Source: Podarcis muralis (Eukaryota). From it: 64,000 nucleotides of DNA. Location: positions 10,230,001 through 10,294,000 of the forward strand of contig NC_135656.1 in the NCBI RefSeq assembly GCF_964188315.1. The letters are read 5' to 3'. The position numbers were made by a program, and so were the translations under genes. Each line of letters opens with the position of its first letter. Positions within the stretch are counted from its first letter, which is position 1. The notes under the pieces were generated by a model. The model worked only from the letters and a program-made list of their open reading frames with translations, was not told the DNA's origin and ran no database searches. This document shows, piece after piece, positions 49,852-62,870 of the stretch.

Positions 49852-50107
49852 GTAGGCAACTTTTCTCTCTCTCTCTCTCTCCTCCCTTCCTTCCTTCCTT
49901 CCTCTCTCTCTCTCTAGTGTGTGTGTGTAAGTGCGAGAGAGGGAGAGAGAGAGTATGTGTGTTTTTCTCCCCTTCACACCATGCTTGCAAGCTCTCTCTC
50001 TCTCTCTCCCCTCTCACTCACTCACTCTTCTCCCTCTCTCGCTCCTTCTTTTTCCCATCTCCTCCTTTGCCTTCAACGAGAGTCTTTGGGTTAGCACAAT
50101 TGAGCTG

Positions 50108-50156
50108 GATTTACGACTCCGAGCGGGTAATTACACCCACCATAAATTTTATAGCC
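50108..50156 (+). promoter_or_regulatory. Hoxc4 intron HB1-like homeodomain-site element
   Basis: GATTTACGAC...GTAATTACACCCACCATAAATTTTATAGCC; typical of the conserved Hox4 intron element. Confidence 0.7.
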
Positions 50157-50512
50157 AAGCTAGTCTGGGCAGCCCCAGCCATGTGGTTCGTTCTGTTATG
50201 TATGTGTGAAACTCCAAAAGGCTTCGCGAGGGGTGCATAAATAATTCAGGCTCTTTTCAAGCCAGGGAAACCCCTTCTTATTAGAAGAGAAAGTCTTGGG
50301 TTCTTTATAACCCATTTAGCTGATGACTTTTCTCTCTCTCTCTCCCCTCTCTCCTCTCCCCCCCTTTCTCTCGCTCTCTCCCCCTCTCTCTTTCCCCTGA
50401 GCCACTGGAGATCTGTCTTTCTCTCCCTGTGCATCTCTCTCTCCGCTCTCCTTCCCCTGCCTTTCTCTCTGTCTCTGTATTCATGCTCATCTTTGGGTGT
50501 TTTTCCCCCCAG

Positions 50513-50865
50513 TGAACCCCAATTACAATGGAGGCGAGCCCAAGCGATCCAGGACTGCCTACACGAGACAGCAGGTCTTGGAATTGGAAAAAGAGTTCCA
50601 CTATAATAGATACCTGACGAGGCGGAGGCGCATCGAAATCGCCCACTCCCTGTGTCTCTCGGAGAGACAGATCAAGATTTGGTTTCAGAACAGGCGGATG
50701 AAATGGAAAAAAGACCACAGGCTGCCCAATACCAAAGTGAGATCTACGGCTCCTACCAATTCTTCCACCAGTTCCATCCCTGCTTCTTCCAACGCGGTTG
50801 CTAGCGAAGAACATTCGCAAAGCTCATCTCAGGACCAACGAGCAGAGGATATTACAAGGTTATAA
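50513..50865 (+). CDS. Hoxc4: Homeobox protein Hox-C4, exon 2 (homeodomain)
   Basis: Acceptor CCCAG at 50511-12; [78 protein letters not shown]...AEDITRL*. Confidence 0.98.
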
Positions 50866-51664
50866 ACAAACAAACAAACAAAAGCAAAAGCAAAACAAAC
50901 AAACAAATACCCCCATTAAAAAATGACTCTGATTATTTATAGAATCTAATATATATCTATATATTTTGGTTCTTTTTTTCCCTCGTAGTTTTTCCCGTGC
51001 TTAAATATATTAAGAAGGAAAAAAAGAGAGAGGGGAAAAAAAAGCCCCACACACAAAAGAATGAGGTCTTCCGCAAAGATCTCAAGCTTTAGGTGCATGT
51101 CTTATTAGCATGAGAGGTCAGGTGAAATACCTGCTGGTTTTGTTTTGTTTTTTTAAAACGCAATTTTCAGGGTTTTATTTATTTTTTAAAAAGGGAAGGA
51201 GTGGAAGGATGAGCTATGTGTGTCTGTGTGTGTCTGTGTGTCTCTGTGCGTGTATGTTGGGGTGGGGAACACAATGTTCTGTTTTAGATGAAAAATCGGG
51301 GCATATGCTAATAATTACACAGGCAAGGGAAGAATGTAGTTATTTTGCTCTGTGCGTTTACAAATGGAGAACAAAAAAAAAATTGGACCATTGAAGGCTT
51401 TTTTCCTTCCTTTTTTTGGTATAAATGTAGGAGAAAGATTTTTTTTAATTAAAAAAACAAGGGGAAAAAACAGCACAGGAGCTAATAGTAGCTGGTAAAC
51501 TTACGGTTTATTTCAATGTGAAGAAGGACTCAAAGGAAGAGAGAGAGGAAGCGAGCCAGCGAGAAAGTTGGAAGGAAAAGTCAGTAGGTAGATTTTTTCC
51601 CCCCGTTTTGTCGTGGTTCTTTGTGTTTTTTGGACATGATTTGACATGAACATTGTAAACTTGC

Positions 51665-51711
51665 AATAAAAGAGTTTTAGTGTATATGTGAAAGTCCCCT
51701 TGTTCAATAAA
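51665..51711 (+). terminator. Probable Hoxc4 polyadenylation signals
   Basis: AATAAA at 51665-51670 and 51706-51711, about 0.8 kb after the stop. Confidence 0.55.
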
Positions 51712-51927
51712 AACCAGTGAGTGTGACACAGATTTGACTTTGGAATGTCTGGTGAGTTATTTTCCTTCTTTGCTTCATACTATATAGGGAAAACGTGGGG
51801 GAGGGGGGTGGAAACGTGTGACACTGATTTCATGAGCTGTGGATACTTTCTTAGCTAAGTTTAAGAAGCTTGGGTTGGTTGTTTTTTTGTTCTTTTAAAT
51901 ACAAGGCTACCAGCGCCGTAGTGCATG

Positions 51928-51982
51928 TCACTGAAGTCAATGGCAAATCTCCCATTGATTTTAGGGACTGTGGCTTGCACCC
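51928..51982. mobile_element. Short palindromic repeat relic (GAAGTCAATGG...CCATTGATTT type)
   Basis: GAAGTCAATGGCAAATCTCCCATTGATTT inverted arms; a related GAAGTCAATGGG...GGATTGCACC lies at about 57045-57090. Confidence 0.4.
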
Positions 51983-53360
51983 TCTGTACCCTGTGACATC
52001 ACAGCATGTTTGACCTCAGATTCTACTAGGAAGTCCTAGCCTTGTGAGGTGTAAATATGCATATTAGTAGAAGACCTGTCCATAGAAATCAGGCTTTGTG
52101 TTGCTGTTGTTTATTTTTTTAAAATGCATCTGTCCTTTCCTGTATTTGAGCTCCTATCCATTTCTTTAGTAATAGTAATAATAATAAAAATATTGGAGCT
52201 TTCTTTACCCCTCCTTCTACTGCCTGTATAGCTAACAAGCCCCTAGTCCTGTACGTTGAATAAATGCTTAACATTGTCACTGTTGTAGGTATTTTGTAGA
52301 GATGGATAATAGAGAATTCAGGATTTGTTTACATCCCCGAGGGAAGTAGAAAGGGTGGCTGGGAAGAGTGTAATGCAGATGTGTTTGCACAGTGAGCACT
52401 TTTAGTATGTACTATGCTTATATGTGTGGATAGGTAGATAGACAGACAGCCAGATTAGCAAGTTCCTTTCACAACTCACATTTTTCTACTGTCCTCGCCT
52501 CAGAGTGGCAAAGCATGTGACTGAAGTGTGCTTTCGTTTATATCTCTCTTAGAGGCTTGTTTAATGTTGTTTGGTTGTATTTCGTAAACATTCCAGCACC
52601 CCAAACGAGAAACCAGTTAGTCTGAAGTAGCAGGATCTAGTCCAATTTATTTGCTATTGATTTCAATGAAATTTCAGGCGCCTTTAATAGTCTGCTTACA
52701 CAGAACTAAGTTGCGGGTTGAGCTGTATTGCATTCCAGTTCCTTGTTATGGGTATCAGAAAACAGCCAGGCAACTATATACTGGAGGTGGAAGCAGAAGT
52801 TCTGAAAAGTGGCAGGGGGTTTGAAGGGGAGTTGGTTCCGTCACTTTATCTTGCCCCCTCCCTCAATTATCAAGACAAGCAGATCTTTTCAGCACCCATG
52901 GTAGAAGGAAGAGGCAGGAAGGTACGAAGTGATTGACAAGATACAGATTATGGGAGCGATCTACATCTCATTCAAGTTAATGCAGAACTTCTATTGATTT
53001 TAAGCAGGCCAGAATTACACATAGTGGCTGTAATCCAGATCAGTTTAGAAGCTAATGGTCAAAGTGTCATGGGTATCAACCAATCAGGATGACTCTTCTC
53101 TGCCTGTTAGTAGTATTCCTTTGAAGAAACTCCGTCTCCTTTTGCACAGTATGAAATAAATCCATTCATTAACATAATAGCTAGTCATAAACCTTTAACA
53201 GTGTTTTCACGATTCCAGTTTTTCGAAGCAAGCGAGGGGAATGTTGAATGTGCATGTTAGCAATTGAATGTTTCCTTATCACTCCTGGGCCTGCTTGTTC
53301 ACTCTTAGGTCAAGTGAGGGGAAACAGGAATCTCACTCATTTATTTTAGAGAATACCTTT

Positions 53361-53412
53361 ACTGAACGTAGTGGGATTTACTTCTGAGTAAGCATGCATA
53401 AGATAGGGCTGC
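53361..53412. mobile_element. Half copy of the ~85 bp palindromic element
   Basis: GTGGGATTTACTTCTGAGTAAGCATGCATAAGATAGGGCTGC. Confidence 0.6.
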
Positions 53413-54408
53413 AAGTTAAATCTCTCACGTGTCTGTCCGCTTGTTTATCTGCCCTTCTGTTACACAGACTTAGTCTCCCTACTCTATTGCTAGGGCAAGA
53501 TAAAAGAGAACAGCAACCAGTGTTTCCCTCGGTGGTTTTTACACACCCACACAAACACGAGCACTCTGTGCATATAAATGGTAAAGAGAACAAAGGGAGG
53601 GGGGAATCCTAACCTAGGAATAATGGTGCTGCCAACTGAATGGCCATATGTTGCAAAGCTGATCTTCAAACTCTGACACACACACACGTGTGAAATTTAC
53701 AATGGCTTCTACTGGTAGTGACTTGGTAAACTATGTGTGGGTGTGTAGCTGTGCTAAACTTTTTTTTTTTTTTTTAAGTTTCACACCCACACACCCTGCC
53801 TGCAGAACTTGATAAATTATAACCAAGTGTCTGTGAGAGAATCAGGATGAATATGATAGGACTTTGTGTTGCTTGCATTCTCTGTGTCTGCCTAGGAAGC
53901 CCGGAAAAGGAGGCATCAATCACATTTGCAACTGTATAGTTTGCATATTCAATTAAAAATGCCAGCACCCTCTCAGTAACTTCATATTTAAATATATGAC
54001 CATATATTCCTTTCCACGGTTCTCTACCCACCCCCAACTTTATTTTATTTATTTTCCTCCTGGAGTTCTCTTCAGTGTTTACTTTCTGCAAACTTCTCAC
54101 CCTCCTGTTTTGTTTTCGTTTCTGGTTTAATAATTCTGATTCTTCAGCATCTGATTTGGCCTTTAGACTTGGCCATGACACAATTCTTCCAGGGTAGGGA
54201 GATTATGAATGAATTATAAAGGCAGGCAGCAGGGGCAAAAGAAACGGGGGGGGGGGAGGTGATGAGATACAGCCTGCCCCACCGTCTCTCTTCACCCATT
54301 TTGCTCTTTCTCTCCCTATTCTTTTTTTTAAAGCTTTTTGACGCCTCCATGTTGAGAGCCTGAAAGCTACTTTATTGAAGTTCGGGTAAAGGGGGGTGGT
54401 GGAAAGTA

Positions 54409-54425
54409 GGTTCACCCAGAGGACA
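54409..54425 (+). promoter_or_regulatory. DR5 retinoic-acid response element 3' of Hoxc4
   Basis: GGTTCA-cccag-AGGACA, the sequence type of the Hox4 3' neural-enhancer RAREs; two more TGACCT half-sites at 54465 and 54483. Confidence 0.8.
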
Positions 54426-55620
54426 ACTTTTCTACGCCAGCAGTTTTATTCTAGCCACTCAGGCTGACCTCCGAGCCCCCAGTGACCTGAGTTAAGTCTC
54501 CCAACGTGTACCTTCTCTGCTCCCTACACACATTTAAAGGCATCGCCACTGTTTGGACTTTTTGTGGTGGCTTTTTTTTTTTTTTAAATTACCATAGTAA
54601 TAGAAGGCCGGGTGGGTGGGGAGGGCGGCCGGGAGAGAGTGAGGGTTTGGGCAGATTCAATGCGTGTTATCTCATTGTGTTGTCACCAAAATAACCCCAG
54701 AGAAAAGAAGGCAGGGTGAAGTTTCGGCCAAGCCTCCCTTCTCATTTTCCCGCCTTCCCATAGCTTGGAAGATTTCCCAGCTGGCTATCCTATGGCTAGA
54801 GCGAAGCTCCTAACGCCAAGTAAGTTTCCTTTTAAAGTTTTCCTTTTTCTTTTAAAGCAGTTTAAAAACGCATAGCTATGATGGCGACGATGGTTGCTTC
54901 TTTTTTAAAAAATAATAATAATAATAATAATAATTGTCTCCTTTAATGGAAAGGGGTAAAGTGGGGAAATCTGCTAGTCTATTCAGATGCTACCAGGCGC
55001 TTTTGATGGTTTCTGTAGCTACATTTCCTCTGGCACGTAGGAACTAGAAAAGAAAAGTTGTGAGGGATCAGTGTTCTCTGTTGCTGGCTGTTCCACACTA
55101 TGCCTCGACGGATAGAACGGGTGGTGGTGGTAGTAAGCCTATCGTCAGACCAGCAGTAGCATGGTTGGTCTTTCCATGGGTTCCTCTTTCAAACCTGATG
55201 GACTTGATGTTCAGTGCTCCTAGGTCTCCTGGGGCGCTCAAGACTCCAGTCTTGGCAGGGCTTTCCAGGAAATCGCTCCCCGCTCCACCGAATGGATGGG
55301 TCGCCTCTTGATACCAAAGTCTGTGCTCCTTCCTTGCCCCCACTTGGGGCATGGCACCAAGGGGCTGGGCTCCTCTACTCCTCTCGAATGGCATCGATTT
55401 CACTATTAAATCATGCCCGGATTATTGTTCTTCACTTATCTTCTTGAGCCAAAAGAAGCAGAAGTCAGGCGAAAGGTGAGAATGTTTGTGGAGGGGGGTG
55501 TCATAAGCTCCTTGGAGCCTAGAGACTTGCTCGGGAGCGCTCCAGTGAGTCCCTGGCGCCCAGTTTGTGTGAAGTCACACTGATTATAAGTTGTATTTCT
55601 TCCTTTTTAATGGATGAGTG

Positions 55621-55622
55621 AA

Positions 55623-55664
<42 letters not shown>
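55621..55664. repeat. (AAAT)n microsatellite
   Basis: Direct reading. Confidence 0.95.
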
Positions 55665-55665
<1 letters not shown>

Positions 55666-56767
55666 AGTTTTGGTGATGGGAACCAATGCTTCTTCTAGCA
55701 GCAAGGAAGCAGCGCTGGAGGAAACACTTCACAGGGGCTTCGGTGGCCATAAAATAATGCGTTAGAAAAATTCTTTCCCCCCCCCCACCATGGGCAATGG
55801 GACTTCCAAGAGGCCAAGGGTGGTGGTGATGGCGGTGGAGACGCTGTGTTCCCCACTCCCTTTTATTTCCAGTGGCTTCAAATATTGTTTGGAGAGGTAA
55901 TTCTCTGAAAAGGGGTAACTGCAAAAAAACAACAACACCAACCCCTATAAAAAAAACTGGATGGGATGTTTTCAACTTAAGACACAATTACATGTGTGCG
56001 CTTAAACCCCCCCACAACCCCACTCTCCATTCTCCCTCTCAACAAGCCCCCCCCCCCGCAGTGCTATAGGATAAGGTACCGTGGCTTAGCTCCCTAAGCT
56101 GCCAGTTAGCAAATTATGTCTCAGGATTTTTCCAGTCTCTTATCTTCTCTAGTTTCCCTCTTTTTCTTTCTCTCTCTCTCTCTCTTGTCTCTCTCCATGC
56201 AGCTCATATGAGAGAGAGAGAGAAATGTTCAAGTACGCTGTTTAATTGTAATTAAAAGACAAACATTCCGCCAGGGTTAAATGAATGAGTTACGGGTTTC
56301 TAACCATAACTGCCAGCAGCTCCAACATGTAACTTATATTTATTGTGGTCTCGTATATCATTATCCACAGATATAGTTTTATGTACTTCCTAATCTGTCG
56401 CCTTGATTTATTTTGATGGGCAAGGTACCAAACCAAACATTTTGGGACTTTAGTGAAAGACTAGTATTTCCTTGCAAACAGCCAACCACCCTTCTGTTAA
56501 TGGCATCAGCAATTTCTGGCAAAGGCCACTTTCTTTGTTTTCTTTTTTTCCTTTTTCTATGTTAAAAAAGCGTACTTAACAACAACCAAGAGCCAAATGT
56601 TGATGCAGGTTGGTTTCCTTTGTGGAAAAGCATATGTATTAGCTCTGAGGATTTATGCAAGAATGAGGCTTCAGAAAACAAAGCATGATATTTATTTAGG
56701 AGATGCAATACAGACATGCAAAAGGAAGCATTCTCTCTCTCTCTAAACCACTATATTCTCTCTCTCT

Positions 56768-56820
<53 letters not shown>

Positions 56821-57711
56821 TTTCAGTATATATATTTTTTGTGTGTTTGCTTATATATGCTCCACTTTTTTCTCAGCATAGTGAAGTTCCTTTTCAATTT
56901 ACCCTCCATCTTGTTATTCTGGATTCCCCTGCTTTCACCCTTTAAGAAGGAAGGAAGGAAAACTTGCAGCTTAAATGCCAAAATATACATTTGCTTAGTA
57001 GTATTTATCATTCTTTTAAAAATGAGCAAGACCAAATACACCCCCTTGAAGTCAATGGGGAAACTCGCCTTGATTGGTGTGGATTGCACCCACTAATTGA
57101 ATGATATATCTTCAAAAGCAATGAAACAATATATAATACGGTGCTTATATAGGTCGCTACAGTGTGCATAGGGCTATATAATGAGACACATACACCTTGA
57201 AAGAACCTAGTCCATCAGATGCAGAAAGATGTGCGCGCGCACACACACACACATTGTTGGCACTATTAGGCAGGGTAATGGAGAAACACAGTTTATGGCT
57301 ATCCCAGTTATGTGTACTTGCCTCATGTGAGTGCCTCACAAGACCAGAGTTGTCTAGAGCAGCAGTGGCCATACGTAGGTTCCTAAGATCTACTTGGCCT
57401 TTTCTGAACTTGATCTCCAAGATCTACCTAGCAGAGCCATGTGCAAAATACACATAGGATTAAAGAACAGGTGTGCCTCTAAACACATTCTGAGTCTAGA
57501 AATTGGTTTTCAGCTTCAGAATTCAACTGAGATCATAGTATTGACACACAAAGGCCTGCTCCTTTCTTCAACCTAATTTAGGTAGCCAAAGTCATTTTGT
57601 TGCTACTACTATTAAAATATTGAGAATTAGAAAGCCACACTTAGCTACCCTGCAAATCAGACAAATCTCTACCCTTTGCCCATCCCTGATCTAGAGATCC
57701 AGTGGTTCAAA

Positions 57712-58320
57712 CAATAGAACGTTCAGAACCCAAGAGTTGCCTAACAGGGCTGAACCATAATGCATCTAATCCAGAGGCCATTCAGATGCCTCTGGGAAAT
57801 GTGAAAATTACGTTTGTGAAGGATATTTGGTGTAGGACTATAGCTGAGTGGTAGTGCGCATTCTTTGCAGCCGGAAGTCTACAGGTTCAATCCCTAGCAC
57901 CTCTAGATAGGGCTGAGAAAGCCCACTGTGTGAATCCCCCAAGGGAGCCACTGCCCATTTGTATGAATAGTATTGATGGTCTGATGGTATAAGGCAGCTT
58001 CCTATGTTACTGGCATATTGTATTCAGAGATCTACTGCTCCTGTTCATGGAGTTTCCACATTAGCTATATTGTGACCAATAGCTATTGAGGAATACCCTC
58101 CCCATGAATGTATTTTTTTTTTTAAGCCCACCTAATCTAGTGGCCCTTCCCCCATTTTACGGAGGCCTGAGTTCCATATTATGTCCTTTTGATTGTCCTG
58201 AAGTGACACAAGTCCACTTTTTCTGGGTTCCAACATTATGAGAGAAGGAAAACAATGAAGTCTCTATCCACACTCTTGACACTGTCCATAAACCTTATAA
58301 ACCTGTAAAATCATGAAAGG
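57712..58320 (-). mobile_element. Degenerate CR1-like LINE 3' fragment, interrupted by a SINE
   Basis: Segments such as CATTATGAGAGAAGGAAAAC...TCTCTATCCAC, TAGCTATTGAGGAATACCCTCCCCATGAAT and CAGATGCCTCTGGGAA resemble, in order, the antisense 3' end of reptile CR1 as I recall it. Confidence 0.5.
57835..58008 (+). mobile_element. tRNA-derived SINE (Squam2-like, name tentative)
   Basis: A-box TAGCTGAGTGG (57841-57851), B-box GGTTCAATCCC (57884-57894), non-tRNA body, tail GGTATAAGGCAGCTTCCTATGTT. Confidence 0.75.
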
Positions 58321-58628
58321 TCCGAATTCCCCATCCCTCTCCTCCCAGAAACAATAAGATACTAAAGGGGTGGGGATGAGCAGAGGAAAAAAACACAAGT
58401 TAATGCAACTTGTATGGGTTCTTTTCTATCCCATCCCACATTTGCAGGCCTTCATAAACCAAACCATTGCCTTTACTTGTTAGCACCAGATGAAGAATTC
58501 TTCTAAGAGGGAGACAACTCAGAAGAAAAAGAGAGACCAATATAATTATTATTTTGAATTTAGATTCTCCCCCATTTTAAGAACAGTAACACATTATTTT
58601 ATGAATGTGTTCCTTTTTCTTTGGGGAT

Positions 58629-58665
<37 letters not shown>

Positions 58666-60511
58666 ATCACAACACTGGCATTTCATGAAATGCCCGTGTT
58701 GTGATGACAGCTTAGTATGGACATTTATTCTGGTGCCTCCTGCCAAATCCTCCCAGCCAGCACTTCTCCCTCATGGGAAGATGCCATCTCTTTTATACCT
58801 TGCTTATTATAACCGAGTACCCAGAGTTACCCGGCTGGTCGCCGGTGCTAGAGAAGCTAGAATTCTGAGCTTTGATTGAACCCTGTATGTCTGATTCGGT
58901 TGCGGGATGGCCATTCTTCTGTTCACCCTTCACAACCCATTTATGGCGAGTTTTTTTCTGGATATTAGCAGACAGATCCCGAAGCAGTACCTACTTCCTA
59001 TGAGTTTAGGATCCTTGCGCGCCCTCCTTCACCATGATGGGACCAATCGTAAAGGCAGAGTATCCTGTGCATGCTTGATCGGGCTTTGGTGGTCCCCTGC
59101 CAGGCTCACATTGACTAGGGAGAGACGCGAAGTGACTGAAGACAAAAGGCATTGCTGAAAACAGCCACAGTTAACCTTTGAAACAAGCCTCGCCAAGAGA
59201 GTTTTGTAAATAGAGGAGATAAGAAAAGGGCGATTACTAGAATTTTAGATTAAAGGTTTCTTAGTCTGCCAGAGCCAAATATTATACCAGTGAAGAGGGA
59301 TTCCTAGTTCTCCCAAACCATGGGCAAGGCAAATATCACCCCCCCCCCTCTTTCCAGTGTCCTCCGGTGTTTCTTACCTACGTGGGGATGCCGCTACTGA
59401 CACCACCCGACCCACAGAGCGTTTCCTGGCCTCCATTAGCCCCTCCGCCCGCGGCCTATTTCCGAATGCTAAAGGGTGTCGTGCCCCAAACAAACTAGGC
59501 ACCCCTAAAAGCTACAGTTTTTTCTCTTCCATATAACAATAAGGCAGCCTTCAGGTTCCATAACGTAGCATAATGTTTAGGCTTTAAGATGCATCGTCAC
59601 AAAGAATTATTTCAACAGTTTTTACACACTTGACCCGAAAGACTGGAAGCATTCGGGCCCAACACAACTTTTGTAGACTCTTTCCTTCTCCTCTCTCGCT
59701 CTGAATGTACAATCTGGATTTATTAGCCGCTCCACATACACGGTCGTCTGCTGTATGTGTGTGCAAGCGTTTGTGCATGATATACATAAAGATATATATA
59801 TATATATTATTGTATGCGTAGAATGTGCATGTCTTCAACTGAAGTAAAACAGAATATTTATGTTTCCAAACGTCGGAATCATTTCGCTTTATGCATGCCT
59901 TCGAGAAATGAGCAAGGATTTATAACCGCCGTATATAGTCAGATCTGCCTATTTGTCTGTCTATCCGTCCATCTATGGCCCTTTGCTTAACATGCTTATA
60001 AAATGTGCCCATAAAGAGAGACACCTCCTCCTCCGCCACCACCTTTCATCCACCCAGCCAAACCCAGCCAACACTGGCGTTATCATCCGCCCAGAAGGAC
60101 ACAGCAGGCATCCGATCCCGCGGATTGTGCTCTGGCCCTACCAAGGAGCTAGAGGGGAGTTGCTCCCGAGCCTGACTTCCTCCTCAAGTCCTCCCGAACG
60201 GCACCTCTAATAAATATTTAAAGAAGCCCTCCTAAAATGTTTACTCGCGAGTTTGCCTTTTCTGCTCAAAGCTAGGTCACGACCCCGAATTTGGACAGCA
60301 GAACAAAGAGAGGGTTGACGAGGGAACGCGCGTCTTGTTGTTGGGCAGCGACATCATCTCGGGGCGATTGTTTGGAGCAGCAGGTTAATTTACTTGTTTG
60401 GCAAGAACTCTAAAGTCTGGAAGCAGAACTTTTAGCCAGGGTCTGTCGTGATGGAGGGATGCCTGAAAATCCTCCCTTCTTTTGAGATTACTGAGAATGC
60501 TTGTGTATTTG

Positions 60512-60521
60512 TGTATGTATG

Positions 60522-60550
<29 letters not shown>
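60512..60550. repeat. (GTAT)n microsatellite
   Basis: Direct reading. Confidence 0.95.
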
Positions 60551-60552
<2 letters not shown>

Positions 60553-61214
60553 TATTGTAGGTAGCTAGATATTTTTTAAAAAGAGAAGGAAGGGAAAGAC
60601 CTACTTTAATTAATTAGTAGTTCTATCTGCAACTAACATATCACATGGCATGGTCACTGGACAGTTGGCTCTTGAACCTTTTATATAAAAGTCACTTTCA
60701 CTAAAGTCATTAGGACTTACTACTAATAATATTGAGGGACGGGGCACTGGTCACATTGGAGGGGAACGATAGGGTTTTCTTCTGAGTAAACAGGGATAGG
60801 ATCAGGTTGCACTTGCTTCTACAGTACTTGAGAGTAATACCCGAGTAGACCTCAAAGTTGATTCCGCTGATAGCAAGCAGGACCTGCTTGGGAATAAAAT
60901 GTGGAGGACGTAACGCCTCCAAGGCTGTTCAGCTGGCGGATCTTGGGATTGGGACATTGCACCCTGAATCTTAGTTAGATACAGGAGAGCGTGGACCGGG
61001 CAGTTCTGCAATTCTCCCAACACCTGCTCTAGCATACAACAAATGCCCCTTTATCGGATCAGGCTTACTCCCATGCAAGAGTGTGGAAGATTGCAATTCC
61101 ATTTCCATTTAATTTATAGTAGATTTCGGCTTTCTAGACCCCTCGCATTTTATTTGAGACATGGCTGACTGCATCCTCAGACTACGTTCAAAACATCTTG
61201 GCAGAAACAAGCCT

Positions 61215-61295
61215 ACAAACCTAGACACCTTAACCTGGGAGTAAGTCCAGCCTCACTGAACTCAGCGAATCTTACTTCCGAGTAACAATGGATCG
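61215..61295. mobile_element. ~85 bp palindromic element copy
   Basis: ACCTGGGAGTAAGTCC...CACTGAACTCAG...CTTACTTCCGAGTAA. Confidence 0.65.
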
Positions 61296-62480
61296 GCTCC
61301 GGCTCTGCGTCCCTTGGAACTTACCTCCAAGGAAGTTTGGGGCAGGGTATACCAATCCACCATTCTGAATGGTTTGTAATGAGAAACGTGACATTATTTT
61401 AAATGGGTATGAAAGTCTAAGTCTCCTCTCAGGCTGTTCTGCAAGTCCTTGGTCTCCCTTAAGGTTGCATTCGGCTTACTAGATAACTATAGCGTGGTCT
61501 TTGAAGGCTTCAGTCCTAAATCCTATTGAACCACATTGAACAGCCATAGGGTCGGACTGCAAGGGAACAGTCAGGTCATTCTGTGGGTCTTCCGTAGCAC
61601 ATGAAATGTGCGTCTGTGTTATTTAGGTTGGATCCCTTCAAAATACACATGGTAACCTGTCTGCCTGCGATGGATAGTCATCACCAACTTGTCTCCCCAA
61701 TTTAAGAAATTGCAATTTTCAGGCGATTCTCTCCCCGCCCCGCCACAAGTAGTGATTGCAATTGCATTTTGTTTCCATTTGGTTTCATTACATTTTCTAA
61801 AGCTTTGCGTTTGGGAATTTGCCTCTGTGTAAAAACTTCCAAAGGGAACAGATCCAAAAGCTGCCTTCAAAGTTGCATAAAATTTATTCGGCAGCTTTTT
61901 GCTTTTTTTTTTTTTTTAAAGTGCCAAGTTAACAGCTCTCTTTGCAAGGGCCTTTGCGAGCGACCGTATATCTTCCTCCTGTCTCTTGAAAGCGATCTCT
62001 GGGTATGGAGTTGCCTGGATTAGCCCCTGGCTCTGCGTGGAGCAGGCGCTATCTCGGAGGGGAGCAGAATGAAATGTGCTAAGCGATTCAGATCCTGGGG
62101 ATGAAAAGGAGTCTTGGTTTGTACACGTCTTTAATGGCTGGCAGTGTTTATTTCCAGAATAATTGGGGAGAGGGTGTTGGGTGGACGGGAAGGCTGTGTG
62201 TGAATTGGAAAGGGACGCTCCGGCAGCAGAAGCAGAAGAAGCGAAGTGAGGTTGCGATTCCAAGCGAGACTTATTCGGAAGAAAAAGTTGCTCTGTGAAA
62301 TCGGAGGGGCAAAGTTATGGAAGTTTTGTTCATAAACCTCAATGGGACGTTAACTACTAAGGGGGGGGGGGAGATAGGGGAACGATCCTTGACAGAAATA
62401 GGGGCCGATACTAGGAACTTCTACTCTGAAGGAAGTCCCGTCGACTTCAGTTGGACTCAACCTTCAAACAATTGTACCTT

Positions 62481-62568
62481 GCAGCGCAATCCTGTGTATG
62501 CCTACTCAGAAGTAAGCCCCCCTGAACTCAGAGAGGCTTACTCCCTGGTAAATGGGCACAGGAGTTGC
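62481..62568. mobile_element. ~85 bp palindromic element copy
   Basis: GCAATCCTGTGTATGCCTACTCAGAAGTAAGCCCCCCTGAACTCAGAGAGGCTTACTCCCTGGTAAATGGGCACAGGAGTTGC; outer arms GCAATCCTGTG / CACAGGAGTTGC. Confidence 0.75.
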
Positions 62569-62688
62569 CGTCTTACTCGCTTTTGAAACTCTGTGATTTC
62601 AAGAGGAAGGGAGGGCAAGTGGATCGATTTCTTCCGCTGAGACCCTATAAAACTTAAAAGGTGTTTAACCGCGGCTCTTAATGTTAGG

Positions 62689-62870
62689 NNNNNNNNNNNN
62701 NNNNNNNNNNNNNNNNNNNNNNNNNNNNNNNNNNNNNNNNNNNNNNNNNNNNNNNNNNNNNNNNNNNNNNNNNNNNNNNNNNNNNNNNNNNNNNNNNNNN
62801 NNNNNNNNNNNNNNNNNNNNNNNNNNNNNNNNNNNNNNNNNNNNNNNNNNNNNNNNNNNNNNNNNNNNNN
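62689..62870. other. Run of 182 N
   Basis: Direct reading. Confidence 0.99.

Noticed and set aside
49233-50240. 335-aa ORF spanning Hoxc4 exon 1
   Set aside because: It starts in the promoter/leader, crosses the N-run and reads through the donor at 49852 into the intron; only 49398/49491-49851 is real coding sequence.
57835-57910. tRNA gene
   Set aside because: A and B boxes are present but there is no acceptor stem or cloverleaf, and it continues into a SINE body and tail shared with the 30816 copy.
59953-60210. Pro/Ser-rich GC-rich stretch as a possible Hoxc3 exon or pseudogene
   Set aside because: None of the three forward frames shows a Hox3 N-terminus, a YPWM-type hexapeptide or a homeodomain.
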